Below are positions 14,596-30,194 of a DNA stretch of 64,000 nucleotides, piece after piece (the stretch's first letter is position 1; each line of letters starts with the position of its first letter). The notes under the pieces are model-generated. The model did no database searches. It was given only the letters and a program-made list of their open reading frames with translations, and was not told the origin of the DNA. A program made the position numbers and the translations under genes. This DNA comes from Octopus vulgaris (lineage: Eukaryota): contig OX597831.1 in the NCBI GenBank assembly GCA_951406725.2, positions 79,174,001 through 79,238,000 on the forward strand, given 5' to 3'.

Positions 14596-14730
14596 GGCAC
14601 AGGAGTGGTTGAGTGGTAAGAAACTTGCTTCCCAACCACAAGGTTCTGGATTCAGTTCCACTGCATGACACCTTAGGCAAGTGTCTTGTACTATAGCCTC
14701 GGGATTTGGTAGACGAAAAGTAGCCCGTCG

Positions 14731-14775
<45 letters not shown>

Positions 14776-14808
14776 AATATATACATATATATATGTATGT
14801 ATATATAT

Positions 14809-14841
<33 letters not shown>

Positions 14842-14896
14842 GTAAATATATACATATATATATGTATGTATGTATGTATGTATATATATGTAGATA

Positions 14897-14938
<42 letters not shown>

Positions 14939-14998
14939 TATATATATGTATATATATGTATATATATATATATATGTATATATATGTAAATATATACA

Positions 14999-15033
<35 letters not shown>

Positions 15034-15245
15034 GTATGTACGTATTTATGTGTTTGTGTTTGTCGCCACCCCCATCCTTTTACACCCTTGTTGGTGTGTT
15101 TACGTCACCTTAAATTAGCGGTTCGTCAAAAGAAACCGATAGAATAAGTACTAGGCTTACAAATAATAAATCATTGGGTCGATTTGTTCGACTAAAGGCG
15201 CTGCTCCAGCGTGGCCGCAATCAAATGACTGAAACAAGTAAAAAA
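14596..15245 (+). mobile_element. SINE family B with an expanded internal (TA)n of about 320 bp
   Basis: Head at 14596-14730, microsatellite at 14731-15050, 3' module at 15050-15245. Confidence 0.85.
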
Positions 15246-15376
15246 CAAAGATATATACATATATATATATAAACAATATATACATTCGCACATATTATCA
15301 ATAATGTACACCTCACACCACACATACACACATACACACACACATATATATTATGTAGACGGACAGGCAGACAGAC

Positions 15377-15409
<33 letters not shown>

Positions 15410-15410
15410 C

Positions 15411-15479
<69 letters not shown>

Positions 15480-15711
15480 GAGATCGATAGATAGATAGAG
15501 AGATGGGGAGAGTGGAGAGAGAGAGAGGGAGAGAGAGGGAGAGAGAGAGAGAGAGAAACAACTTCTGATACAGATATCCATTTATATTATACACCCAAAT
15601 ATTCACTCAGACGCCATTATTATTAAATGTACAAAAGCATTTTTTGTTAATAATCTTACGAACATTCTGCATTGCTACCATAAAATATATTATTGCTTTC
15701 ATTACAACCAT

Positions 15712-15768
<57 letters not shown>

Positions 15769-15818
15769 AACACGACTAATAATGGTTTCATATTTTGGTA
15801 CGAGGCCGGCAGTTTCTA

Positions 15819-16220
15819 GGCGCAGGAGTGGCTGTGTGGTAAGTAGCTTGCTTACCAACCATATGGTCCCGAGTTCATTCCCACTGCGTGGCACCTGGGG
15901 CAAATGTCTTTTACTATAGCCTCGGGCCTACCAAAGCCTTGTGAGTGGATTTGGTACACAGAAACTGAAAGAAGCTCGTCGTATATATGTGTATGTATAT
16001 ATATATGTGTGTGAGTTTGTATGTCTGTGTTTGTCCCCCACCAACATCGCTTGACAACCGATGCTGGCGTGTTTACGTCCCCGTAACTTAGCGGTTCAGC
16101 AAAAGAGACCGGTAGAATAAGTACTAGACTTACAAAGAATAATTCCCGGGGTCGATTTCTTTGACTTAAGTCGGTGCCCCTGCATGGCCGCAGTCAAATG
16201 AATGAAGCAAGTAAAAGAGT
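15819..16220 (+). mobile_element. SINE family B, full length, apparently nested in a minus-strand family A copy (about 15783-16395)
   Basis: Consensus B sequence; family A tail-like sequence lies left (15783-15818) and the A body resumes at 16221. Confidence 0.85.
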
Positions 16221-16411
16221 GGACAATTCGATTACATCCACCCCCAGTGTTCAGCTGGTACTTATTTTACTGGCCTCGAAATCATGAAAGACTATGTTGA
16301 CCTCGGTGACATTTTATCTGAGAACGCAAAGGCGGATGACACGCTGCTAAGCATTTTTTCCGGACTGATAATCATTCTGACACCTCACCGCCTTCTTTGC
16401 CACTACTAATT

Positions 16412-16628
16412 AATCCGTTCTACCAAAGGCACGAGGCCTGGAATTTGGCGGGGAGGGTCCGAGTCGATTACATCGACCCCGGTGTTTCACTGGTACATAA
16501 TTTATCGACCCCGAAATGATAACAGGTAAAGCTGGCCTCGGCGGAATTTGAATTCAGAACGTAGTGACGGGTGAAATACTGGTAAGCATTTCGACCGGCC
16601 TACTAACGATTCTGCCAGCTCGCTACCT
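16412..16628 (-). mobile_element. SINE family A
   Basis: gcacgaggcctggaatttgg...cgattacatcgacccc...ctaacgattctgccagctcgc. Confidence 0.85.
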
Positions 16629-16630
16629 GC

Positions 16631-17990
<1,360 letters not shown>

Positions 17991-18077
17991 GGCGTGTTGG
18001 CAGAAACTTTAGCACACCGGGCAAAATGCTTAGCAGTATTTCGTCTGCCTATCTGCTCTGAGTTCGAATTCCGCGAG

Positions 18078-19499
18078 ATGATACCGATAAAGACACTTTA
18101 ATCGTCTCCTTTGATGTAATAAACCTTTACACTACAATCCCACATGAATATGGACTTGAAGCTATTAAATTCTGGCTGGATAAATATCCAAATGAGATCC
18201 CGGAAAGAATAAAAAAAAGAATTCATCATTGGGGGCCTCAAATTTATTCCGCAAAGCAACTTTATGAATTTTAATAATAACACTTACAGACAGGTTTCAG
18301 GAACTGCAATGGGTACGAAAGTTGCCCCTACCTATGCAAACCTGGTGATGGCCTGCCTGGAATCACATATTTATGAAAAATCCAAATATAAAGTACGGCC
18401 AGTCTTTCCACAAATACCTGTTGGAGAACTGGAAACGCTACTGAGATGATTGCCTCGTCCTTTGGTCCCACACACTCGACCAACCTATTGACTTCAAAAA
18501 CCTTATCAACAGTGTAAATAACCACATCCACTTCACAATTGAACATAGTCAGGATCAACTCCGTTTTTTTTTTTTGACATTCTAATCATTAAAAAAGGCG
18601 TCAACATTGAAACTGACATCCATTACAAACCCACTGGTTCTAAACAATACCTTCTATTCACCTCCAATCACCCAAAGCACACAAAGACAAATATCCCCTT
18701 CAACCTAGCGAGAAGAATCTGCACAATTGTCTCAAATGACTTAACACGAAATAGAAGACTCCGAGAACTAAGGGCAATTCTTCTCGAAAGACATTACCCA
18801 GCATCACTAGTGGACACCGGAATAGAACGGGTCAAATCAATTAACATTCAAGACTTACGAAAACCAAAACACATCCACAGTACAGTAAATAGCCTCCCCT
18901 ATCTCTCAACACACAATCCAAGAAATGCAGAAGCTTACACTATTATATACAACAACATTCCACAGCTAAATCAAGACCCACGCCTAAAAAAATTACTCGC
19001 AGCTCATAAAATAATAAAAAGTAAGAGACAACCTAAATCCCTAAAAAACCTATTCACCAATGCAAAATTACACAACACAAACCCACCGCCCACCGTAAAA
19101 ACATGTGGTCGTTCCAACTGCAGGACTTGCATCCACCTTATTGAGAGATCAACGTACAAGTTCCAGTCAGGACACACCTTTATCATAAAAAATAATGTCA
19201 CCTGCGCATCAAAAAATTTACTCTTTATCATAAGGTGTGAAGGGTGCCAAGAAGACTGCATAGGGCAAACGAGCCTTACCCTCAGAGAAAGGATGACAGT
19301 TCACCGCCAACAACTGAGGGACCCCACCACAAGACTGATACCACTTAGTGGACACTTAGACCTCTGTGCACACAATAAGTCCCCCAAATTCTTAGTTTCT
19401 CCACTATACCAATGCCCGGACAACACCACAGACCAAACACGAATAAATAGGGAATATAATCTTATTCAAAAATACAGACCACAACTAAACATACTCTAA
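18078..19499 (+). mobile_element. 5'-truncated Penelope-like element (Neptune-like): degenerate RT, Cys linker, GIY-YIG endonuclease
   Basis: SFDVINLYTTIP, YRQVSGTAMGTKVAPTYANL, WKRY*DDC, IHYKPT...NHPKHTK, CGRSNCRTC, NLLFIIRC...CIGQT...ERMTVH. Directly follows a truncated family A SINE head (17991-18077). Confidence 0.9.
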
Positions 19500-20380
19500 A
19501 ATAACCCCCAGGCACACATCTAAAACGAACACACAAAGACACACACACTCGCACCATATATACGCACACGCACAAACACATACTCAATACAAATACACAC
19601 AAAACGCATAAACACACACACGCCACCCAGATAAACCCAGCACACATACGAAAAACACATACACACACGCAACACACTAACAAACATTAACCACACACAT
19701 ACACACACACATACAAACGGGCACACATATACAAACACCATCCTACCAAATTTCTAAGAAACACACATCTGTTTACACCACAATGGACCCTGGGACCAAT
19801 CAAAAACAGCCCCCCCCACACACACACAGACATGTATACATATATACACACACACACTCACACCATTCTGACTTCTATACAGACACACATATACACACAC
19901 AAAGACACACACACAGCACCATGACAAATGCGAATCACACACATACACACACATACACACACATACAACACCATACACCCACCATCCTACCAATTTTTTT
20001 AACATATACACATCTATTTATACCACAATGGACCCTGGGACTAATCAAAAACAGCCCCCCCACACACACACAAACATGAATACATGTATACACTCACTCA
20101 AAGATACACACACTCAGACCATTCTGTCCTCCATACAGACACACATATACACACACTTGCACAAACACGGCACCATTCCAAATGCCAATCACGCACATAC
20201 ATACACACACACACACACAACATCAAGACAATCACACACACGGTTGACAAACGGGCGCATATATACACACACCATCCTACCAGATTTTACAAACACACAG
20301 ACACATCTATTCACACCACATATGTATATACACACACACACACAAACCATCCTGACTTCTAAAGACCAATCCCCCAAATC
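19500..20380 (+). repeat. CA-rich region 3' of the PLE with tandem units of about 245-290 bp
   Basis: accatcctacca recurs at 19737, 19981 and 20271; caatggaccctgggac occurs twice. Confidence 0.75.
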
Positions 20381-20398
20381 ATTGATGCGTGAAGGAGA

Positions 20399-20886
<488 letters not shown>

Positions 20887-21289
20887 CAAAGTAAAGCAAA
20901 GTCATTTCCCACACGCACACATTCCCTACGCATACAAACATACGACACGAAAACACATACATATATATTCCTACACACTGCAAACAAAACACACACACAC
21001 ACTACATATACATACACGCACACACACATACTTCAAACTACCAGTACCTTCTACTGACCATTCTTTTACGCACATGTGTAGGTACACGCACAACAGCAGC
21101 CACTCCTACTATAAATTCCTCCTATGACCTTAAACGATACTAAGCCCAACCACACACATAGATTAACAGCCACACTCACACGCACACACACACACACACA
21201 CACGTGCTACCATTACACACACACATAGAGACACACACAAACCTGCGCACATGCACATACCTACACATACACACACATACCTCCTTCTC

Positions 21290-21640
<351 letters not shown>

Positions 21641-23844
21641 TGAAGAAATGGAGTTGAACGAAGATTGAACAGAAATCCTTTTATTGCATTCTACACGTGT
21701 TTCAATTCACTAATAATATTAAAATTCAATTATCCGCACAAACGCACGGTTGCAACGCCATATGGTTGTACCTCCAACCGTGCTTTCTTCTGCTGTGATT
21801 TTTGCTACCAAGGTATCGGTTAAACTTTTGATTAATCTGCAACAAGATTATTCATCTTTCTATTTCACCAAATATATATATATATGTATATATATGGAAC
21901 AAAAACGCAATAGAGGGCATTTAAACGTTCGGACAGATGAACGATACAACAATTAGAAGGACAGGCAAAAAAAGACGTTGTCTTTCATCAGTCAAGTCCC
22001 AGAAGACACGATTATTTCGGGCAGTTACACTCGAGATGATATATGTATGTGTGAATATATTTGTGTATCTGTGTTTGTCCTTTCATCATCACTTGACAAC
22101 TGATGTTAGCATGGTTGCAAAAGAGACCGTTAGAATAAGTACTAGGCTTACAAAGAAAAAGTCCTGGGGTCGATTTGTTCGACTAAAGGCGTTATTATCG
22201 AAATTTTTTTAGAAAAGTTTCGTTATTTTTTCGTTATTATTTTTTTAGAAATTTCTATCGGTTTGCTTTCGAGACGCGTGCCTATAGAGATGAGTTATAT
22301 GGTTATTGACGATTAAGTCTATTTCGGCATATTTGGCATTGAAATTTTTTTTCTTTTGTCCTTGTTTATAAGTTGTTTATAAATTTAGCCTTTAAAGGTA
22401 TCTTTTAATATGGTGGCTATTAAGCATGACACGTCACCTGAATATTATTTTTTTTAAAATTGCTGTCATTTCTTGATATCATTCACACTTATCCAAGACT
22501 GTCTTATGGCATACGAAACTAAGGTAATTACACAGCGTTACTTGATAATAATTTTTCGAAAACCAGTTCGGGATTTTTCTCAGATTTTTCAGAAAATATA
22601 TTAACTTTTGTTCAAACTACAAGAAATATAATTTACTCCGATGGAACGCATAAAGAATTCCGTCCACACGAGGTAATACTTCAAATGTAGCTTTTAATCT
22701 ATGATTAATTTCTGTTTCAGAGTTAACTCCCCTTCATTTTTTAACCAGAATTAATCATATAAAGTTAATAGTGTATAAGTGTTTAGCTGCATGAGATATT
22801 TAATTCACTGCAGAAGTTTCTTAACATTCACTGACTATTTATTTTCCCTGCAGAAGGTGTCACTAAGTAATTTCTCCACCCAGTTAATCTGTGCTATACA
22901 ACTAAGGGTGTGGCTTCATGAATAGCTGGAATCATTCGCTCACAACAGCATTATAATATCGTTAAATGTCCAGAATCTCATAATGAAACGAATCCGAAGC
23001 GAAGCTCATTATTTAAGAGCGAAAGAATGCCAGGGTGGAGGAGAAAGTGAAGGAGAGGGAGAGAGAGAAATGTTGCGAACAAAAACGAATAGGAGATAGA
23101 TGTAGCCATAATTCAAATATCTCTCTCTCCTAAAACAGTGAACCGTGCGTTAATGATAAAAGCTTGGACAGGCTTCACAGCTTCATTGGTTTGACCTTAA
23201 GATCAGAAAAATAAAAAACGTTCAGAAACAGCCTTGATGTTTGCTTTATAGCCATAAAGCAGAACTCCAACGTATTTTCCAACCGTAATGATATTGTTTG
23301 AAAGAAGAGAGTTAACAAGAGTAACAACTGCAGCAACAACGTATATAAAGCAAAATATATGAAACAAACAGATCGTAGTGCAGCGACGAAAATATAAAAA
23401 CGATATCAACTGCAATCGTAAGTTATCAAACTACAGCAAACATCGACTTAAATGCAAATAACAATAGCCTATGAGAAACAACAACTACAACAAAAAAATT
23501 AGAAATATACACGAAAAAATAAACAAGGTACCATAGAAACACAAGCAACTATTGTAATGATATACACAGACACAATAGTACAGATGATCCAACGGAAAGT
23601 TTTCGAGTCGTAATAGCGATTACAACCTGTGAGAAGTAGTTTTTGTCTGAAGATCGCAATGGCATGAAACACCAGTTCAGATAATAATATATATATATAT
23701 ATATTACAGAGATGTACTTGCATAGCAAGTGATTTGATCTGAAACCGTGTGCTGAAACAAAAACAATTGCAGCGTGGAAGGTGTTTGTAAGCCATTTAAG
23801 AAACTCACAAAAGCCGTTCGATTCACTTCAACATTTAAGTTTAA

Positions 23845-23895
23845 TTTGTCAAAATATTTTCGTCGCTTTAAGACGGCGACCTGTTCACTGACAAA
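23845..23895 (-). ncRNA. Minimal type I hammerhead ribozyme motif, G3-C8 variant
   Basis: Minus strand: tttgtca-GTGAACA-g-gtcgc/cgtcttaaa/gcgac-GAAA-atat-TT-tgacaaa; 7-bp stem I and 5-bp stem II. Confidence 0.7.
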
Positions 23896-24164
23896 AATCC
23901 GTGCTGCATCTGAGAAAGTAACAGTTAGTCCGTTATATATATATGTACGTATATATTGTTGTATATATATAAGATAAGAATTCCGTTTAAATGAATATAT
24001 TATGTCCTCTATGATGTGACAAGTAGTCTCTTTGTCTTTCTTCCATAAACTATATCATCTTTATGCATATGTGTAAACAAGAAAATGAAATACATCCAGA
24101 TATATTTATACACACACACACACATATATATATATATACATGTATATATATATATATATGTATG

Positions 24165-24244
<80 letters not shown>

Positions 24245-24501
24245 TTTAACAATTAAGGATAACCTCTTAATAAGGGATCTTAACAAGAAATTATCGGGTA
24301 GTTAGCGTGAAAACCTCATAAAAGAAAAGAATTCGAAAATAATTTTTTTCTCTTGAACAAATTAATTATATCTATATTGTATAGAGGGCATTATTACACA
24401 TAAATGCCTCACACTAAGAGGGACAAAGTCATTACTACCAAAATTATACTAATCATACCCAAATGCAGTTTTTCAAAGCAAGACATTTAAAAAATGAATT
24501 T

Positions 24502-24559
24502 AGTTCTGTATCACCGTGATTTCACATTCAACTTACGTCTTATGATCATCAGCAGAACT
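24502..24559 (-). ncRNA. Minimal type I hammerhead ribozyme motif
   Basis: Minus strand: agttctg-CTGATGA-t-cat...atg-t-GAAA-tcac-g-gtga-TA-cagaact. Confidence 0.7.
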
Positions 24560-24604
24560 GATTCTGAACACATCATAAATAAACTATATATATATATATA
24601 TATA

Positions 24605-25350
24605 GGAGGAGCGTTACGAAGTATCCGACGTGGACAAAGTCGGTGGGAAGTTACTGCACCCGTTCCGAGCATGCACGAAAATTTTCACGCCGATAGGTTA
24701 CAAACGTGATGTGGCTACTCGGTCGGATTTATATTTTCACCGAAAGCATCGGGTGGGGTTAAGTTTTGCAATAGCTTGGTGAAACTCAAACTTAAACCAT
24801 CCAGAAGATTCGGCAAACCTTTGGTGATGAAGCCATGGGCAACCGCTTCAAACAGTTAAAATGGCCGCGCCTCGGTGGAGAACGGGACACGCTTAGGCAG
24901 ATAATCCACAAAGCGAAAGGATGAACTTATGAAGAAGATTCAGCGAATAGTTACGGAAGATCATCGAGTGTTAAACCAGGAAATTGGTCATGAAGTGGGA
25001 ATAAACACAGGATCAGTATATTCCCTTTTAATGCAGGATTTGTACATGGGAGAAAATGCCGACGGCGAATTTTGTCCTCAAGGTACTAGCTAAGCAGCGG
25101 AAACAACTCAGCATGGAGATGACTCAGAACATACTGGATCGTGCAAACCAAGATCTAGATTTCATCAAGATCACCATCACTGGTGATGAGGCATCCGCTC
25201 GATGCGTTCGGTCATCATGCGTAACAATGAAGATCCGACTTGCACACACGTCGGTACTCTAGGCATAACAGCCAGGAACTGACGCGGCTGACCGGTGCCA
25301 AAATGATTTCGCAAGCGCAGGGAGGCTGGGGTTACTGTTCACTCAACGTA
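24605..25350 (+). mobile_element. Degenerate mariner relic (N-terminal half up to the first catalytic D)
   Basis: TIQKIRQTFGDEAM...EDHR...QDLDFIKITITGDE across frames; ends uncertain. Confidence 0.65.
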
Positions 25351-25526
25351 CATCGTACATATACATATACATGTATATATAAATATATATATAAGTAGGT
25401 GAATGAATTATCCTAGTATGGATAATTCGGTTAACCGATACCTGGGTAGCAAATTCACGTCAGAAAACACGGTTGAAGCTACATGTCAAGGGCAGAAATC
25501 CCGTGTTCTCGTGTGGAAATTTGTGT

Positions 25527-25642
25527 TTTTTTTAACTATGAATAAATGAAAGAATGGAGTCGAACGACGATTTTAACAAAATTCCTTTACTGTTAAAATC
25601 GTCGTTCGACTCCATTCTTTCATTTATTCATAGTTAAAAAAA
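25527..25642. repeat. Perfect 52-bp inverted repeat with a 12-nt spacer
   Basis: Arms at 25527-25578 and 25591-25642. Confidence 0.9.
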
Positions 25643-25756
25643 CACATAAATATATATATATACATACATGCATACATACACATACATATACATATACAAA
25701 TATACAGAGAGAGAGAGAGGGGGAGAGAGAGAGAGAGAGCGAGAGGAGATAGATAT

Positions 25757-25965
25757 CATCCTTTCTAGTATAAACGCAAGGCCTAAAATTTTAGGGGAAG
25801 GTGCAAGGTGATAATAGTTCTTAAATGGTACTTATTGTATCGACCCCGAAAGAATGAAAAATAAAGTATACCCCTGTGGAATTTGAACTCATAGCTTAAA
25901 GCCGGACAAAATTCTGCGAAGCATTTTGCCTTGTGTCCGAACGATGTGGCCAGCTCACCACCTTA
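25757..25965 (-). mobile_element. SINE family A, diverged
   Basis: tcgaccccgaaagaatgaaa...ggaatttgaactca...gccagctcaccacc. Confidence 0.75.
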
Positions 25966-26222
25966 TAATATAATCCTTTCTACTATAGGCACAAAGCCTG
26001 AAATTTGCGAGGAGGGGACCAGTTGATTAGATCTATCTACCTATCCATCTACCTGTCTGTCAGTCTATTTATCTGTGATACACGATCCCTTTTGATCGCT
26101 TTCTTTTCCCAATCCTTTTTGATCGGAATTTTACATTTGTTCCCTTTTTTACCTTTTTCTTTTCCATTTTCCATTTGTATTTGTTCCCTCTGTGTTCAGC
26201 CCTGTGTGGCCAATAAAGAAAG

Positions 26223-26296
<74 letters not shown>

Positions 26297-26397
26297 GTCT
26301 GTCTGCCTGTCTGTCTGCCTGTCTGTCTTTCTGTCTGTCTGTCTGTCTGTCTGCCTGTCTGTCTTTCTGTCTGTCTGTCTGTCTGTCTATCTATTTA

Positions 26398-26484
<87 letters not shown>

Positions 26485-27634
26485 GTATTTAGTGTCTACC
26501 TGTCAGTCTGCCTTCCTATCTATATATCTGTCTGTCTGTCTATCTATCCATCTATCTATCCATTTTATGTCTGTCTTTGTATCTAATTGTCTATGTATCT
26601 ATCTAATTGTCTGACTCTCAGTCTATCAATACTCAACCTATATATATCCATCCATGTATTCGTCACAGGTAGTTTTGTACTATGAATCTCTGGTACGTTA
26701 CTTTTGGCGAATATTTGAAAATCCAGTTTCAAATCTGGTTGCAGGATAACTAGTTAGATACGATAGACGAGAAGAGCAAGTATGAGGGGGAGGAACAAAC
26801 AAAGAAACAAACAAACAACAATACAGGAATGTCAATTACAACTATAGCAATAACAACAACGATGACGATGATGAACACCATGACAGCAACAACAAAAACA
26901 AGAAGACAACAAAAGCTTTAATATTAACATCAAAGTAGCGGCGACTACAAACCAAATAACAAAAATAAAAACTACAAAACCAACATCACCAGCGACAATA
27001 ATGACAACAACAACAACGAAAAAACAACATCAAAATGAATAAGAATCATATTAACAACAAGACGAAGATCAAAAGTCAATGAAAAATTGTGAGATATCTA
27101 GAAGTTACCACATAAATAACAACAATAACATCAAGGTTAACTGTAACAATAGTAGCAGCAACAACAGTAAGAATAATGGTAACTACAACAAGAATGTTAA
27201 TAACAGCCGGAACAACACGAACAATAACAACGAGAATAACAGCCGCTGCCCCAACGACACGAGTGACAGCATGAAGAGCAGTAGCGGCTACAGCTGAAAG
27301 TATAACAGAAGCGATAACAACAACAGCAGCAGCACGAACAGCAACATTAATTAATAGCTGCAGCAGCATAGCAGTAACGTTATTAACAACAACAGCAACC
27401 TCGACAGTAACAACAACAACATCAGCAACAGAAACATGGCAACAATAACAGCAACAACAACAATATTAGCAACAACGAGTGTAACAGTAACAACAACAGT
27501 AACAATAACAACGAGAGCGAGAATAACATCAACAAAAACAACAACAATAGCAGCAACAAAACAAACAACAACAAGAATAAGAATCAGAACATTAAAACAA
27601 CATTCATACAGAACAAATATCCAAAGGGAAATGA

Positions 27635-27665
<31 letters not shown>

Positions 27666-27769
27666 AGCAGCAACAACTAAATAAACAACATTAATACGAA
27701 TAACAAAAACTAAAAAATATATATAATATATATGTATACATATAAAACAAAAGCTACAACAACAATAAC

Positions 27770-27821
<52 letters not shown>

Positions 27822-28856
27822 GTGATGATAATGATAATGATGATGATGACGATGATGATAATGATGATGATGATGTTGATGATGATGATGATGATGACGA
27901 TGATGATGATGACGATGATGATGATGATGTCGATGACGATGATGATGATGATGATGATGATGATAATGTCGATGACGACGATGATGATGATGATTACGAT
28001 GATGATGGTGATGATAACAGAAACAACAAAAACAAAACCGCATAAAGAAGCCACCTACCCCCACCCCCACCCACCCACACTCACGCAAGCATAGCACTGC
28101 CCTGTTGCTCCACCCCTTACTGAACATTGATAAACACGCCTACACCCCATACACACACACACATACACACACAAACCAAACACACCCCCACCTCTACCGG
28201 AATAAACAAATGATAGGTCATCAGGAAACAATAACAAACAACAACAACAACAAACAACAACAACAACAACGGCACCAGCAGCGTGAACCAAAATGTGCCG
28301 CCCCTCACTTAGCCTCGGACGGCTCTGATTGCAATCAAGGGAGGAGATGAAGATCGATAACCAGTCGGGGAAATTATTGATAACAGACACACCTCAAAAT
28401 CATTTGTTTACAGCAGAAAACCTTAATTAGTAAATAACTTCTAAATGATGTTGATGTGAACGCTGTTGTTGTTGTTGCTGTCGTCGATGGTGGTAGTGGT
28501 GGTGGTGGTGGTGATGGTGAGGTTACGTTTGTAGTTTGCTTCAAACACGCACACGCACACACACACACACACATACACACACACACACACAACACACTCA
28601 CATATACACACAAAACACACGAACACGTACATACACATGCATTTAGATCCATATATATATATATATGTGTGTGTATGGAATATACGTATCTATATATAAT
28701 TATACGTATATGCATCTATCGATCTATCTATCTATCTATCTATATATATATATATATGCGTGTATATGTATATATATGTGTGTGAGAGAGAGAGAGAATG
28801 TGTGTCTGTATGTGTGTGTATGTATATATTTTTAATTTACAGCTGAATAGTATATG

Positions 28857-28893
<37 letters not shown>

Positions 28894-29186
28894 CTGTGAG
28901 AGGGTGAGAGAGACAGGGAGGGAGAGAGAGAGCGAAAGTGTGTGTGTGTGTATGTGTGTATGTGTTTTGTTGTTGTTGTTGTCATCGTTGTTGCTAATTT
29001 ACTGCTCAGAGCAAATGGAGGTTGGGCATGGTCGGAGGACAAACAGACGAAACAACATAACGTACAAAGTTCATTTCTTCTTTTCTAGTTTTACATCTCG
29101 CACAAGGAAAACGCCCAATATTCTCCGTTAATTATAAAGATCTAGTTGCCATCGTTATGCCTTTCAAAATTAATAACAATCGTAAA

Positions 29187-29390
29187 GGGGCGAGAGCTGG
29201 CAGATTGGCTAGCACGCCGGGCAAAATGCCTAGGCGACATTTCATTCGTCCTTACGTTCCGAGTTCAAATTCCGCTGAGGTCGATTTTACCGTTCATCAT
29301 TTCGAGGGTGATAAAAGAAGTACTAATTGAGCAGTACTAATTTTTTTTCCGCCCCCACCCCAAATGACTGGCCTGGTTCCATAATTTGTA
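29187..29390 (+). mobile_element. SINE family A
   Basis: ggggcgagagctggcagattggctagcacgccgggcaaaatgc...gagttcaaattccgctgaggtcga. Confidence 0.8.
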
Positions 29391-29434
29391 TAAAAGCTTA
29401 ATTGTGCTTACGATTAAAGCGCATTACATAAATA

Positions 29435-30094
29435 CATGGTGGCCACAATGTCACGCACCATCGGAGATATCAAGTAGGATTTATTAGCAATGAAATAGGT
29501 AATCCGTTACAAATGTTGAATGGATTGGCCATGGAGCTCTAAGCAAGTGTTCATACAAAATTTGAAATCGCGATGAACCCTCTCAAATAGCTCTTCATTG
29601 CCGTTGACTTGTTCAACAATTCTTTGCAGATGTCGTTGTTTGCGAATCTTTTCAGAATACACAAGGGATTTTATAGTAGCCCCAGAAGAAAATGTCCATG
29701 CGAGTTAAATCTGGTGATCGTGGTGCCCATTCAAATGCGCCGCGACGCTCGAGCCATCTCCCTGGAAAATGTTCATTCAGAAAATCCCGAGCCTGTAATG
29801 GATAATGGAGTGAAGCCCAGCCAGGACTTCCCCTTCCAAAGGATGCATCACCTTGTAACCAAACATGTCCAGATACGAATCACCTGTCACAGAATCCTCA
29901 AAATAAAATGGTCCAATTACTTGATTGTGTCACGTTCCACACTACATCATTAGCTTGTCTCTGGCTTGTTGATTATCTGCCTCCAACCAATGAGGATTAG
30001 TTTGTGACTAATACCGGAAGTTGGGAAAAGAGATTGAAAGAATGTTTCCAATTTCACATATTGCAGGGTGGTACTTGACTTTATGGCCACGGTG
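29435..30094 (-). mobile_element. Internally deleted Tc1/mariner element, rosa/DD41D-like
   Basis: Minus-strand peptides VIGPFYFEDSVTGDSYLDM and FLNEHFPGRWLERRGAFEWAPRSPDLTRMDIFFWGY; degenerate 25-bp TIRs (19/25 match); TA on the left. Confidence 0.75.
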
Positions 30095-30163
30095 TTTTGA
30101 CTTCTGCCATTAGATAAATCGACAGACAGATAGATACAGGTATATATATATGAATTGATAGAT

Positions 30164-30194
<31 letters not shown>

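Noticed and set aside
21980-22030. Type II hammerhead on the minus strand (GAAA...GTC...CTGATGA)
   Set aside because: Stem II does not pair, and the related copies at 34.7 and 35.6 kb read CTGGCGA.
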